Source of the DNA: Octopus vulgaris
Lineage: Eukaryota
Assembly: GCA_951406725.2 (NCBI GenBank)
Contig: OX597822.1
Coordinates: forward strand, 21,452,001 to 21,516,000
Length of the DNA stretch: 64,000 nucleotides
Direction of reading: 5' to 3'
Under the pieces are notes generated by a model. It ran no database searches, was not told the DNA's origin, and saw only the letters and a program-made list of their open reading frames with translations. The position numbers and the translations under genes were made by a program. The first letter of the stretch is position 1. Each line of letters begins with the position of its first letter. Positions 11,903 through 24,777 of the stretch are shown piece after piece.

Positions 11903-13419
11903 TTAATGATTATTATTTATCTTAACTCTGTTACCTTTAAGTAACTTTTTAATTATCTGAATGAAAAATTTTAGAAAGAGGAATGAAATGTTAAATTTTC
12001 ATCCACCTGTCAGCTGTTTGCAATGAGTGGATGACAGCAAAACCATAATGGGGTGTACAAAACTGGTGGTTGATCGCAGTAACACAAAATATCACTCAGA
12101 AATACAAGTATTACATCCAGTACAGCAATTCTCTTGACCAAATTATAAACAACTACACAGTTGATCTGAAAGATGATAATGTTGAAATATAGTACTCACG
12201 GAATGTATTTTATTTATGATAAATATATGGTTTCATACATTACTCCAATGTTCTCAAACAATGTGTTATTTACATTTTCCCCTTACAACATCTCTTTAAG
12301 AAAGCTTTCAATAAGTGTGTAATGAAACCTACTCAATATGTTTTTCCTAATATATAATTGTAAAATAGGGGTCCATCTTTTTGCAAGAACACATTTTATA
12401 TGCTGCCAAATATGATATATAAGTTCAGATCTTACCATGACAGATTATGTTTTTTTTATTTTTATTTTCTGTAGATTCATTAAGTAAATAACCATTTATA
12501 TAATGCATGAATTTCTGCATCATTGTATGGTAAACAGCACACCTAGATGTCTTAATGTTCAATACATTTTTGGATATTTAGATTAAAAATATTTTAATAT
12601 TTTAATAGATTTTCCTGATTATACATCAATTTATCTGTATTATTTTCTTTTATATTTTTTCCTAGAGATTGTTACTCATTGATGTCTATTGGGAGTAATA
12701 TCTGTCAGGAGACAACCTTTTGTCTGACAGTCCTTTAGAAATTATATCAAATAATGTCATTATGTTTCTGTGAGAGAGAAGCAGCCTATCCTGTAGTACT
12801 TAGTGGGGCTTAGCATATGTTAAATAGCTTTGATGCATGCATGCACGCACACATATATGTACAAATAGTACTGCACTAAATGACTTTTAAATATATTATC
12901 AGATAGGAAATTTTCTATTACTCTTTTTATGTGTCTTCATTCAATATTTATCAATAATATGCTTTAATATATTTACTGAAGTGCACTAAATGCTACTGGG
13001 ATTGTTGTTCTGTGACAATTCAGAAATGTTAATATCCAATTCTTTCTACATGACTCTTTGATCAAATTACTTTGTTCAGATTTTATGATATTAAAAAAAC
13101 CAGCATAGTTTTTTTTTTCTTATCTTAGTTCCTTAATATGGTCACTCTGTTGTATTTAATTTTATATTCCACTAACTTTCTTTCACCTAGTCCTTTCTTT
13201 GTTGGAATTCCTGTCAGAACCATCAATATCTTGTGTTGTCTTGAGAATTGCCATTAATTTTTGTATGAAAATGTCATTCCACAAGTTTTCTTTTACAGCT
13301 CTTTGTACAATTTTACTGCTTTTTACTGTTCAAGAATTTTCTCCACAAATGTTTCTTAGGGTCAAATGTCTCTTGATTTCTCTAGCCAGTTTCATCTTTG
13401 AAGTGAATGTTATTTTCCA

Positions 13420-13625
13420 TAGCTGTGTAGTTAAGAAGTTCACTTTGCAACCACATTATTTTGAATTCAGTTCTACCATATGGCACCTTAGGCAAGTATC
13501 TTGTACTATTGCCCTGAGCCTACTAATGCCTTGTAAATGGAATTGGTTGACTGAAAATGAAAATGTATGGAAGCCCATCATATATATATGTGTATATATA
13601 TATCTTCATATATATGTGTGTATAT
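13420..13625 (+). mobile_element. SINE family A, 5' half
   Basis: gctgtgtagttaagaagttc...tggcaccttaggcaagtatctt...ggaattggttgactgaaa followed by (TA)n. Confidence 0.7.
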
Positions 13626-13886
13626 ATATACATCTTCTTGTAAGTGTGTATATGAGCACTATTGTTGAGATAAAAACAACTTGTTTTTTGCTTTTGAAGA
13701 AATGAAGTATAAAAAATATCACTTACTTGTGAAACAGGTAACAGTTTGCAACCAGAATTGGTGTTCATCTGTAAAATGCTGCTTAAATAACTCACTGTCC
13801 AGCCTAGCATGGAAAAATGGACATTAAATGGACAAATGAATTTATATTGGACCAGTAGTTGCTTTCATCCTATATTATGGAGTAAC

Positions 13887-13889
<3 letters not shown>

Positions 13890-13920
<31 letters not shown>

Positions 13921-14590
13921 TGTTTAACGTCTGCTTTCCATGCTAGCATGGGTTGGACGATTTTGACTTAGGGCTGGCAAACCAGATAACTGCACCAGGC
14001 TCCAATCTTGATTTGGCTGAGTTTCTACAGCTGGATGCCCTTCGTAACGCCAACCACTTCGAGAGTGTAGTGGGTGCCTTTTACGTGCCACCGGCACGGG
14101 GGCCAGTCAGGCAGTACTGGCAATGACCTCGTTCGAATCTTGTTACACATGCCACCAGCACAGGTGCCAGTAAGGCGATGTTGGTAATGACCACACTCGA
14201 ATGGTGCCCTTTTATGTGTCACCGGCACAAAAGTCAGTTGGCTGCTCTGGCAATGATCACACTCGGTTAGTGCTCTTGGCACCCTACTAGCAGGAGCACA
14301 ATTACCAGTAAGGCAACACTGGTAACGATCACACTCGAATGGTGCCTTTTATGTGCCACTGGCATGGAAGCTGGTTAAGTCGCTCTGTCAACGATCACGC
14401 TCGGATGGTGCTCTTTGCACCCTGCTAGTATGGATGCCAGTCATCGAATGTGATTTTGATTTTTGATTTCACTTGCCTCAACAGGTCTTCGCAAGCAGAG
14501 TTTAGTGTCCAAGGAAGGAAGAGGTGCGCATAAGTGGGCTGGTTATACTCCTGGCATGGGCCACAGGTTATGGTCTCATTTGGCTTGCCA
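13890..14590 (-). mobile_element. RTE LINE 3' UTR with (GAT)n tail and expanded internal units
   Basis: Reverse complement matches 54900-55380, including tttcacttgcctcaacaggtctt; (CAT)n at 13890-13920. Confidence 0.9.
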
Positions 14591-14889
14591 AAATCTGTGA
14601 GCAGTATCTGTCATGTACTGAGCAGGTATATGATGGCACTTTGGGAATGCTTACTCTCATATCTATTCTAATTTAGTCGTATATCCTCTGCCATTTGTGT
14701 AAAGCATTTCTATTTGAACACACCAATAGTACTTTTATGTCCATTTAGTTGTGTTTTTCACTGTCGCAGCTTATCCATTAGACTTTGTATCATTTATAAG
14801 TTTCTCTTCGTAGGCTCCATCTATTCTATATTGTTGTGGAACTTGTTTCATTGTTTCTGGTGTTATTTTAGATTTTGTGTTTACTGTGC

Positions 14890-15503
14890 CTTCGAACAAA
14901 AATTGAGTATAAGATGCATCAGACGTAGTGTGCAAGGGAGAACATTTTGCTAATATGGCCATGTGTAAAGAAGTGAAAATCTTTAACTGTGGAGGGAACC
15001 TGTGGAAGGGGTAGACCCAGGAAGTCATGGGATGAAGTGGAGAAATATGGCCTTTGGATATTGAGAGCAAGACCTTTGGCAATTTGCTGTGGTTGAGAAG
15101 ACATGTCAAGTCAAGTTAAATCATAATCAAGGCCAGTGCTGGTGACAAATAAAAGGACCCTGTGCTGGTGAAACATAGAAGGACCCTGTGCTGGTGAAAC
15201 ATAGAAGGACCCTGTGCTGGTGACACATAAAAGGACCCTGTGCTGGTGACACATAAAAGGATCCTGTGCTGGTGACACATAAAAGGACCCTGTGCTGGCT
15301 ATGTGTAGAAGGCACCCTTGCTGGTGACGTGTTAAAGGCACCATGTAAACTATGTGGAGTGACAGGCATTAGGAAGGGCATCCAGCTGTAGAAACCAAAC
15401 TAAAACAGACCAGAGCCTGGTGCAGCTCTCTTACTTAAAAGTTCCAGCCAAACCATCTAATCTATGCCAGCATAGAAAAGAGACACTAAATGATGGTGAT
15501 GAT
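14890..15503 (+). mobile_element. RTE LINE 3' fragment (ORF end plus UTR)
   Basis: Encodes CVKK*KSLTVEGTCGRGRPRKSWDEV; ends with ctaaatgatggtgatgat. Confidence 0.8.
15136..15342 (+). repeat. 26 bp minisatellite gtgctggtgacacataaaaggaccct, 6 near-perfect plus 2 degenerate units
   Basis: Counted directly. Confidence 0.95.
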
Positions 15504-16486
15504 GTGCTAAGTATATTTTGTGTGGATTATGTTATTTTATTGATGAGTGTTTTGTGTGTCATGTGTTATAAAAGTCAGGTGGTGACTGGTAGAGTGTGGA
15601 TTTTGTGGGTTGTTTGGTTATTGGGTAGCATTTCAACTTGTGTAGAATATTAGTTGTTGGTTGTGTCTGGAATGTATTATGACATTGGTGATGAATATAT
15701 ATGATAGTGTGTTGTATTATTTATTGGATGGTAATTGAGTAAAGATGGTGCTTGTTTCATAGAGTATGTATTTTGAAACTTGTTCAGGAAGCATACTGTA
15801 TATGCTGTGTTATTGAATTGTATCTTGCACATGGGAAGTTCTTATTAATATTGTTTTTATTATTACTTGTAATATATGTGCTTTGGGTAACAATATACTT
15901 TGTGTAGCTTTTTTATGGTTTAAATAATTGTATGATATCAGTGACCATATTCTTTCTTCTTTTTTTTTTTTGCTTTTAATTGCCCTATAACACCTGTTAT
16001 TACAGAGATTATGTTTCCCAAACCTATATTGTAGTTATTTCCAAGTCCTTCCACTTACAGAGTTCTGCTATTTATTTAAGATGATTTGTATCAGTTAGAA
16101 TGAAATCATTTGTTTTTAAGTGATTTTCTTTTCTCTTTGTAGTTCTCAGCAATAAAGCTGGATAGTTTATTGATAGCTCTTAGTCAGTGTGTACAGCAAT
16201 GTCTCACAGTGTCACTTCTTCATCATCCCATATCACTGTGTGGTGTGTATTTGTATCACCTATTTTCTCAGCTATTACTCTGTATTAAGCACAAATATAA
16301 TGTGCTGATAATATTCAAGTGTATTTTTTCTCATTTATTGTATAAAATTGTATCAAATGTTAATATTTTCCAGGCTATGTGTAATCTCTCTTACACAAAT
16401 GCATTGCTCTCAATGTCTTTATTTAAGAATGGTCTTTACAGGTTTCCTCATGGTTATCGTTTTATGTTTCTTCATTGCAAGGGGGT

Positions 16487-16584
16487 TATCATCATCATCA
16501 TTATAATTATTATTGTAGTTGTTGTTGTCGTTAATTTCATTTTCATTATTGTTGTTGTTGTTATTATTGTTATTACTGTTGTTG

Positions 16585-16648
<64 letters not shown>
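16487..16648. repeat. Compound (ATC/GTT/ATT)n microsatellite
   Basis: Direct reading. Confidence 0.95.
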
Positions 16649-16650
<2 letters not shown>

Positions 16651-16779
16651 GCTTCCACTGCACATATGAGTGCATACAAGCAATGACTTAATTTTTTTAC
16701 TATTGTAGTCAAATTATTCTACGGAATATGTGTAGTATAACATGCAGTGTGCTGTTTTCTTCAGTATTATAATTATTTG

Positions 16780-16995
16780 GTTGTAGATTGACTGAACAGG
16801 TAGTGATAGGAACCACGTCTGGCTGTATTTGTTCTGGCTCTTTGCATTCTGAGTTCAAATCCTGTTGCAGTTAACTTTGCCCGCCAACCTTTTGAGCTTG
16901 GTAAAATTAAGTACTAGTCAGGTACTGAGGATGTTGGAATCGACTTATCACCTCCTCCCAAAAGTGATGGCTTTTTCCTAAATCAGAAATCATCA
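16780..16995 (+). mobile_element. SINE family B, degenerate
   Basis: ttctgagttcaaatcc...ttaactttgcc...gtaaaattaagtactag...aatcgactta. Confidence 0.7.
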
Positions 16996-17297
16996 CATCA
17001 TTATTCTCCTCCTCATCATCATGTATGTCTTTTACACTTTTATGCAATTTCTTACTGCATTTCTTGTTGCATTTCTGTCTTTTGGTGGTGTAGAGGTGTT
17101 TTTGGATACTGTAGCAACTTTGCTCTGTTGTGGGATTTTATTGTTGTTGTTGTTGTTTTAGTGTTTCATCTATTGGGAATATTATGTCCAATGTGAGTTG
17201 TGATACATGTTTTAGTGTCAATGGTGGATGTGTTTGATGTATACTGCATGAGTCATATCATATTAGTGGGTGGCAACTGGGCAGCATTTACTTTATC

Positions 17298-17520
17298 ACT
17301 CATCATCATCATTTAACATCAGTTTTCCATGCTGGCATGGCTTGGACTGCTTGACTGGAACTGGAAAGGCCAGGGAGCACACCAGGTTCCACAACCTGTT
17401 TTAGCTTGGTTTCTATGGCTGGATACCCCTCCAAATGCCAATCACTCCACAAAGTGTACCACATGCTTTTTATGTGGCACCATCACCAGCACCCACACCA
17501 ATGCTTTTTACGTGGAACCT
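17298..17520 (-). mobile_element. RTE 3'-tail element (family C)
   Basis: catcatcatcatttaacatcagttttccatgctggcatgg...ggctggatacccctccaaatgcca. Confidence 0.75.
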
Positions 17521-17755
17521 TGATTTCAGTGTTGTGCATATTGGTATCAGTGTCATGTATAGTGTGTGTAGTGGTGCTAGTTTATTGAATGGTGGTTGCA
17601 TATAGTACATGTTGTGTCATATTGCTTGATGGTGTTCCATTGGACATGTGTTGTGTTAGTTGTGTCAGTGGGTGGTGATTATACAAGGTATTTGTTGTGT
17701 TATATTGTTTGGTTGGGTTCCACGGAACATGTGTTTTATTATTGGTGGTAGTTGT

Positions 17756-18115
17756 CATCATATAACGTCCTCTTTCCCTACTGGCATGGGCAGGATGGTT
17801 TGATAGGGAACTGCTGAGTTGAAGGGGTGCATCAAGTTCCAATGTAATCTCAGGCATAATTTCTATGACTGGATGCCCTGTCTGATGCCAACCACTTTAC
17901 ATAGTGCTTTTTTTTTCATATCACTGGTACTAGTGAGGTTGCCATGTAACTTGCAAGACTGCAAAGAAAAGATAAAAAGGAAATGGAAAAAGCTTACACT
18001 CCTAAAAAGGAGTATTTGGGAAGGAAAGGTGTTGGTGGGTGGTTGTATGCCAGGTGTTAAAAGACAAGCACAGGTGTTTTGCTGTAGAAGAGATACATGG
18101 CTATAGTAGATAAGA
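17756..18115 (-). mobile_element. RTE 3'-tail element (family C), degenerate
   Basis: catcatataacgtcctctttcc..ctggcatggg...ctggatgccc...gccaaccactttacatagtg. Confidence 0.65.
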
Positions 18116-18544
18116 GGAATGTAGTGATAATGTGTTATATTGTTAGGTGGTATTCCATAAAACATGTGTGAGTTGTATTATTAATGTTGATTGTATAGTT
18201 ATGTGTTGCTGCATTGTTTAGTGGTATTCTATAGGATGTGTGTTGAGTGAATTTTGTTATTTTATATGGTGGTGATTGTATAGGTATATGTGGTATGTCT
18301 ATTTTAGTTTGTGCTGTTAAACTGAAAATGTCTTGCATAGGATGTTGAGTGTGCCATATAGGGTTGTTGTCTGGATTGTATAATGTTGTGAGACCTGATA
18401 TAGATTGTATACTGTTATTTACATACAAAGTTGTTTGAACTCGTAAGAAAGCCATTTGAACTGGTAATAACTTTGTAATTATATAAATCTCTGCTTAGCA
18501 CTGTCTTCCCATATTTTGTTTATGGTAAACAACTGATTAGTGTT

Positions 18545-18815
18545 ACCAGTCATTGAACAATGATGGGAATATCATGAGAGAGACAATCTCTCTCACATTA
18601 GCTCACAGCACATCCTGTCAGGTTTCTGTGGCTGAAGAGGATGTAACCATTCCAGAATGCATGTATTCCACAGTCTGGTTAGGTGGCACTGTGAGCTGTT
18701 TGTTTGCAGCAATAAATTTTCTTCGTGACAAAATACAGTGAATAGATTTCTTACAAGTTTGAGTATGCCTCAAGCATATTTGAATGGGTAACAACTTTGT
18801 ATCTATACATATCAC
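18545..18815 (-). mobile_element. Possible highly decayed CR1/Jockey-group LINE fragment
   Basis: Translation PNQTVEYMHSGMVTSSSATET loosely resembles the post-RT RPxxEYxxxxW region; frameshifted. Confidence 0.3.
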
Positions 18816-19003
18816 TTCTTAGCACTGTCACCCCATATACTGTTATTTATATATTTTTTTTACTCTACCTAGCGCTTCACTTATTAACAGTTCTATTTCA
18901 ACTTTCCTACCCTGCACTTACATATTTTACTTTCCAGATCCTTCTGCACTGACAGTTTCTCTACATCCTTCCAGATGATATTTCAGCAAGGTTTACAATT
19001 TCT

Positions 19004-19224
19004 TATTTTATTTCTTTACTACCCACAAGGAGCTACACACAGAGGGGACAAACAAGGACAGACAAACGGATTAAGTCGATTATATCGACCCCAGTGCGTA
19101 ACTAACCCCGAAAGGATGAAAGGCAAGGTCGACCTTGATGGAATCTGAACTCAGAACGTAACCGCAGACGAAATACCGCTAAGCATTTCGCCCCGCATGC
19201 TAACGTTTCTGCCAGCTCGCTGCC
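19004..19224 (-). mobile_element. SINE family B, alternative-tail subtype, 12 bp TSD tttacaatttct
   Basis: Matches 38498-38725; TSD at 18992-19003 and 19225-19236. Confidence 0.9.
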
Positions 19225-20307
19225 TTTACAATTTCTATCCAAATACTGATATTTTTGTTCCCATGTTGGATTATTTTATCTCTGGATGGTATGCCTTGAT
19301 GTCCATCTCAGTCTGGATAAGCACGTCCCCAATGACTATGATCAACTACTTTTCATAAACATTGTCAGCTACATATTTATACTATTTACCAGTTGTTCCA
19401 TCAGAGTACCAACATATTGCCCACAAAATAAAGCTACTGGTTCAGTCATATTTGTGAAGTTACCCAAACTTGGCAAAAATTGGGTAATCACAAGTAATAT
19501 GGCTAGGTATCTCATTGAGCTGGTAGTCTATACTTGTTAGGGTAAAGGCAAGGTATTGGTTCTGTGCTGCTAAAATTAGATGTTATGCCTTAGTCTGATT
19601 TCCTTTTATTTCATGGTCAATGTACACAGAAATTTTCCTATTATATAGTTACTTCTTTCATATTGGATCTGGATTGTTTTATTGTTGTATTCATACCGTG
19701 TGTTTGTGTGTGTGTGTGTGTGAGAAATGTTCCAAATTACTTGGAGATTTTCTTGTTGAAAAATCAACCAACCATATTGTACTCATATCATCATAAACTA
19801 TCAACAACTAGATTTTTTCTTTCATCTTAGCTATAGAACACATATATGGAATTTGCATTTATTTTGACCCTTTGCAACTGGAATGGATCTCACTTTTTAT
19901 CAAATTTCTGATGTTGGTCTCAAACTTGTAATCTTACACTCTGAAAAAATTACTTTTCTGACCCTTTTCTTTCATGGCTTCAGCTTGATTTCCATCAACT
20001 TCATTGATTCGAAGGAATTTGCTTGTAATCTTCTCTTGATTTGGCTCCTTCATGATTATAATTAAGGAAACCTCATTGCTGAATTTTCCATCTTTTGAAA
20101 GTTACTCTCACATAATTTCCATACCAAATGATATTCTCATAAAATCACTAAACCTTTCTATAATCTCAGAATTAAATTATTGAGTCAAATTCTATAATTA
20201 ATTAAAGAGTCAACATCTAAATGCAGAGCTGGTTCACTGAAGACCAAATTTCACTGAGAGCCAACAAAATAAGTAACCTTGGGAAATATTGCATAAGTAT
20301 TCTGTAT

Positions 20308-20343
<36 letters not shown>

Positions 20344-21768
20344 AATAAAATTCTGCTCCACATATTCATGATGACTTTTAGAAGCTGAACAAATTTTATA
20401 GAACTCAAGAACATCCAAGATTCATTTCATGAATTGGTTGGTTTTTACATATATTTGCATGAAATTTTTACTACACAATCAAGTATCTCTATATTTTTAA
20501 GGTGTATGTAAAATTATAATCTACTGACCCAAAAAACAATAGTTCAGGTAGTTTAACCTGGAGATTTTTGTACCAGGCATTAACAAATGCTTTGTTAATT
20601 TCAAATGTAACAACACTATTTATGCTTAACATCTCAAAAGCAAGGGAAGATTAATGGGTGGTATAGAGAACAACTTTCCAAGTAGATCAGACTCTATGGA
20701 ATATATATACTTGTAGTTACTGTGAGGGAAGAAGAACCAAGAGTGTTGGAAGTGGTTGTTGACAGCTATGCACATCACCTTTCAGATATTTAATGGGAGC
20801 AGTATAGGTCAATAGTTAGCAGTATTGGAAAGGTTGCTCTTCTTGAGGGATGGCATACATATTAAAGATTAGGATGTAAAGAGAACAAGGTCGATAGTTT
20901 AAGCAGGTATAAAGGCTAATTCTAGGTATATATTTTGATACCAAATATATAATAAAGGTAACATTGTCAGGGCTGACAACTTTCTTGATATGAAGTAAAC
21001 TATTGTGTTCTCACACTTGGTTTATATGTAAAATGTTGGAGAAAATTAGTGGATTGATAAAGGGAAATGTTACTGATTGTTGAGTATGAGCAGTACGAAA
21101 CTGGATATTAATTTGACACCAAATATAGAAGCATACTGATTGTGGAGCTATCAAAGTTGAGGTGTATCAGTTGGGTTGAAGAATTCCAAAACATCAGTAA
21201 AAATTGGCTTGGCAAGGAACTAAAAATACATAGTTGTGGGTGAAAGCAATTCTATTTGTATGGATGTGGGCTTTTCTCTGGATGTAGAGTTGTTTTTGTA
21301 GTACTTTTACCTATAGCAATACAGAGGCTTTTGAAGTATGAGATTCTGTGATGTGTGGGATGTAACAAGACATACATAAAAGGATGGTTTCAGTCATTTT
21401 GGAAGATTCAACAGTAGAGCCTATTTGCTGGCACAATTAGCATAAAAATATGGGAGCTCCATCTAGTGAGCTGACATGAAGGACCATCGGTTGAGTAATG
21501 TAATGTTGATTACACCACTGATAGGTTATGGTTGGTTGTGGTTAGGACATAGTTTGAAGATTTGATAAGTGCAGGGATGGTGAATTCATAGCAATAAACT
21601 GGCATGCAGTTTTGGCAATGCTATCTAGGTTGTTTTTATATTTCGTCAAAGCACTGAACTCAGTTGTCAGTCTCAGTTGAGCTTTGTAGTGAATCAACAA
21701 CTGTTGGGAGCTGAATTATTTTGAGACTTTGAACTTTGAAGAAGATAGTGTTTAGAATTATTGAGATA

Positions 21769-21800
<32 letters not shown>

Positions 21801-21802
<2 letters not shown>

Positions 21803-21963
21803 CAGTGGATTATTGATATACATTTTCTTTTTTGAAAACCTCTATAATTGGCTAATGAGTACCAGCATCTTAAATCTGTTGTAATACTTACAATATTTAA
21901 TAAAATGATGTAGTACGAAACGATCGTACCAAATTACCGGAGTCATTCTTGTTGCTTATTTTG

Positions 21964-21966
<3 letters not shown>
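21801..21966 (+). mobile_element. (TA)n-embedded cassette, probable Penelope-like terminal-repeat remnant
   Basis: About 165 bp of unique sequence bounded by (TA)n on both sides and containing a hammerhead fold. Confidence 0.55.
21848..21932 (+). ncRNA. Type I hammerhead ribozyme motif (G5A variant, palindromic stem III)
   Basis: TTGG-CTAATGA-GTAC...GTAC-GAAA-CGATCG-TA-CCAA; stem I ttgg/ccaa; extended stem II hairpin. Confidence 0.75.
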
Positions 21967-22008
<42 letters not shown>

Positions 22009-22898
22009 TGCATCTTTTGAGGTGCCAGTTTATGAAGACAAGGCAACTTTGGTATGAGGTGTCTAGGCTGATTCATGTGTGAAAAGTTAATGAGAAGAGA
22101 AGTGTAATGTTGCCTATGCAGATGTGAGTTTTGTTGGAAGAGATTTAGAGTAGTTTGTTATTATACACACAAAAGTGTGTTGTGGAGGCACAATCAACTA
22201 TTGATAGTGTAAGTCAGGTAGAACTGCATTAGCATATGCTGCAATAGGGGAATCTGTGAGAAAGTTTTTGGTCCAAGAATGAGAGACAGATGGAACCTCT
22301 ATCTAAGCAAGCAAATTAAGAAAAAGATTTTTGTAACAGACATAACCAGATGTTTTTGCTGATGTCAAGCATAATAATGTTGTTTAGTTAGGTAAAGGAT
22401 GTGGAGTGAGATTCTTAAGAAGATGACTTCAGTAACTCATTTAGCTGGGGGGGTTTTTTTTATGGGAGCAGTGAAGTACATTTGCTAACAAAAATAATTG
22501 GTACATAGCATATGAATGCTTGGTGAGTAGCTGAGATTAGTGGCCAAGTGATACAATAGTTACAAAGGTGGGGATGGCTTAGGATTGAGATTAGAAAGAA
22601 ACCAAGGGTGTGGAGGGATCAGAAATATGTATATAACTGTTATAACTGTATAAAGCTGAGACTAGTGTAAGATTAAACTTCTATACCAACACTGTTGGTA
22701 TGGGATGAGTGTGAGAGCTAGAAGGTGTCGTGACTACTAAAGTTGCCTGCGATGATGACTTCTAAGAGGAATGAAGTGGGGGTAGATATCCTTGATGCAA
22801 GTTAAGAGATAGTCAGACAATCGTTGGTGGGTGGAGTTATTAACAGTGCAGTAGAAGTATCCAATATAATTAGGCGAGTAAGGAAAGAAGATACTGAG

Positions 22899-23115
22899 CT
22901 CTTTACTCTTTTACTTGTTTTGGTTATTTGATTGTGGCCATGCTGGAGCACTGCCTTTAGTTGAGCAAATCGACCCCAGGACTTATTCTTTGTAAGCCTA
23001 GTACTTATTCTATCAGTCTCTTTTGCCAAACCGCTTAGTTACGGGGATGCAACACACCAGCATGTCAAGCGATGTTGGGGGGACAAACACAGACACACAA
23101 ACGTATACACACACG

Positions 23116-23181
<66 letters not shown>

Positions 23182-23348
23182 TACGACGAACTTCTTTCAG
23201 TTTTCGTCTACCAAATCCACTCACAAGGCTTTGGTTGGCCTGAGGTTATAGTAGAAGACACTTGCCCAAGGTGCCACGCAGTGGGACTGAATTCGTAACC
23301 ATGTGGTTGGTAAGCAAGCTACTTACCACACAGCAACTCCTACGCCTA
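22899..23348 (-). mobile_element. SINE family A, full length, internal (CA)(TA)n
   Basis: Head ggcgtaggagttgctgtgtggtaag, CORE-like gcaccttgggcaagtgtctt, tail aacaagtaaaagag. Confidence 0.92.
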
Positions 23349-23985
23349 TAAAGCTATTCAATTTTTCTATAAAAGTCATAACAATGGAAGCGAAATATGA
23401 TGTCTATATCTTGGTATGGAACCCCTAGCTTGGACTTGGTTTTCTAGATTACTTTCTACTTTCGGCAACTATCCTTCCTCCCCATAACAAATTCTCCAAC
23501 TCTTCTCTTTCTTAATAACTCACAAATTTCTAATATCTAACTAAATATGTTGCTTTACAACTATGAAATGATCAACTAAAAATAAAGTATAATAAATGAG
23601 ATAGATATTAAAATTTACTAAAGAGTGGAACTTGAAAATATCAATAATATCATAGAACTGGCAGAGTCTGATGTGAGTCATTGGAAAATTGCCTTGAAAT
23701 AACACCAACTTGCTCGTTTGCGGTTGTGTTGAGCATGGCTGCAGTTCTTCTATAAAAAGAATGTATATTATATCAATGATTGGTTGGAAGTGTAAAAGTA
23801 AAATATATAGACAAATGGATGTACTAATTGTCATGATATATTGCCATGTTATTAAAGTTTCATATTTTTAGTCACAACTGATGATTTATGTTTTTCTTTT
23901 TTTAAGAATTGACTGGAAAGTTTTGAACGGTAGTAGTGAAGATAGCTGGATATATTTAGCTAGTTATTTGATTTTAAACTGCACA

Positions 23986-24048
23986 ATATATATATATCTG
24001 TGTATGTGTGTGTGTGTGTATGTATGTATGTATATATATATGTATGTG

Positions 24049-24135
<87 letters not shown>

Positions 24136-24237
24136 TAAATTAGAGATAAAACCACTATTAGGCAAATCAAACAGTGAAAAACATAAACCAAAACATAAAA
24201 ATAAAAATAATTATATATATATATATATATATATATC
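23986..24237. repeat. (TA/TG)n microsatellite enclosing an A-rich insert of about 80 bp (24132-24212)
   Basis: Direct reading. Confidence 0.85.
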
Positions 24238-24720
24238 CTAACACATATTATAGGATGAAAATTGGGTTACTCCAGTTCCATGATTGTTGTTAATTACCAG
24301 CCAAGTAATTTTAGTTTGGTTTTTGTTTATTTGCTACAACTTTTAGACTTGGTTACTAATTACTCAAAGGGAGTGTTGTTGTTGCTGTTATATGTTATCA
24401 GTTGCAGTTTCATTGGGACAAGTCTTAGTGTTTTGACATTTTCCATTTCTTGGTTTTATAACAATGAAAGCAGTAAAGGAAATTTACAATATGGAGTGTT
24501 AACCCAGCCAAGAACTTCATGTGAATCACACCCAACTATTGATACGCATCAGCAAGTCTGAAATTTTACGTTATTTTAATGTGGCATGACAATGTGTGTG
24601 TGCATGCGTGTGTGTATGTGTGTTCTTTTATTTTTATAAATTGTTTCACTTATTGAGAATGAGCTAGTTCTTAATGCATAAGAAACCCTGTTTTATTGGA
24701 AGGTACACGTCAGTTATAGC

Positions 24721-24777
<57 letters not shown>

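Noticed and set aside
15136-15342. CRISPR-like regular repeat
   Set aside because: Units are directly adjacent with no unique spacers, the context is eukaryotic, and the unit derives from the RTE 3' UTR motif.
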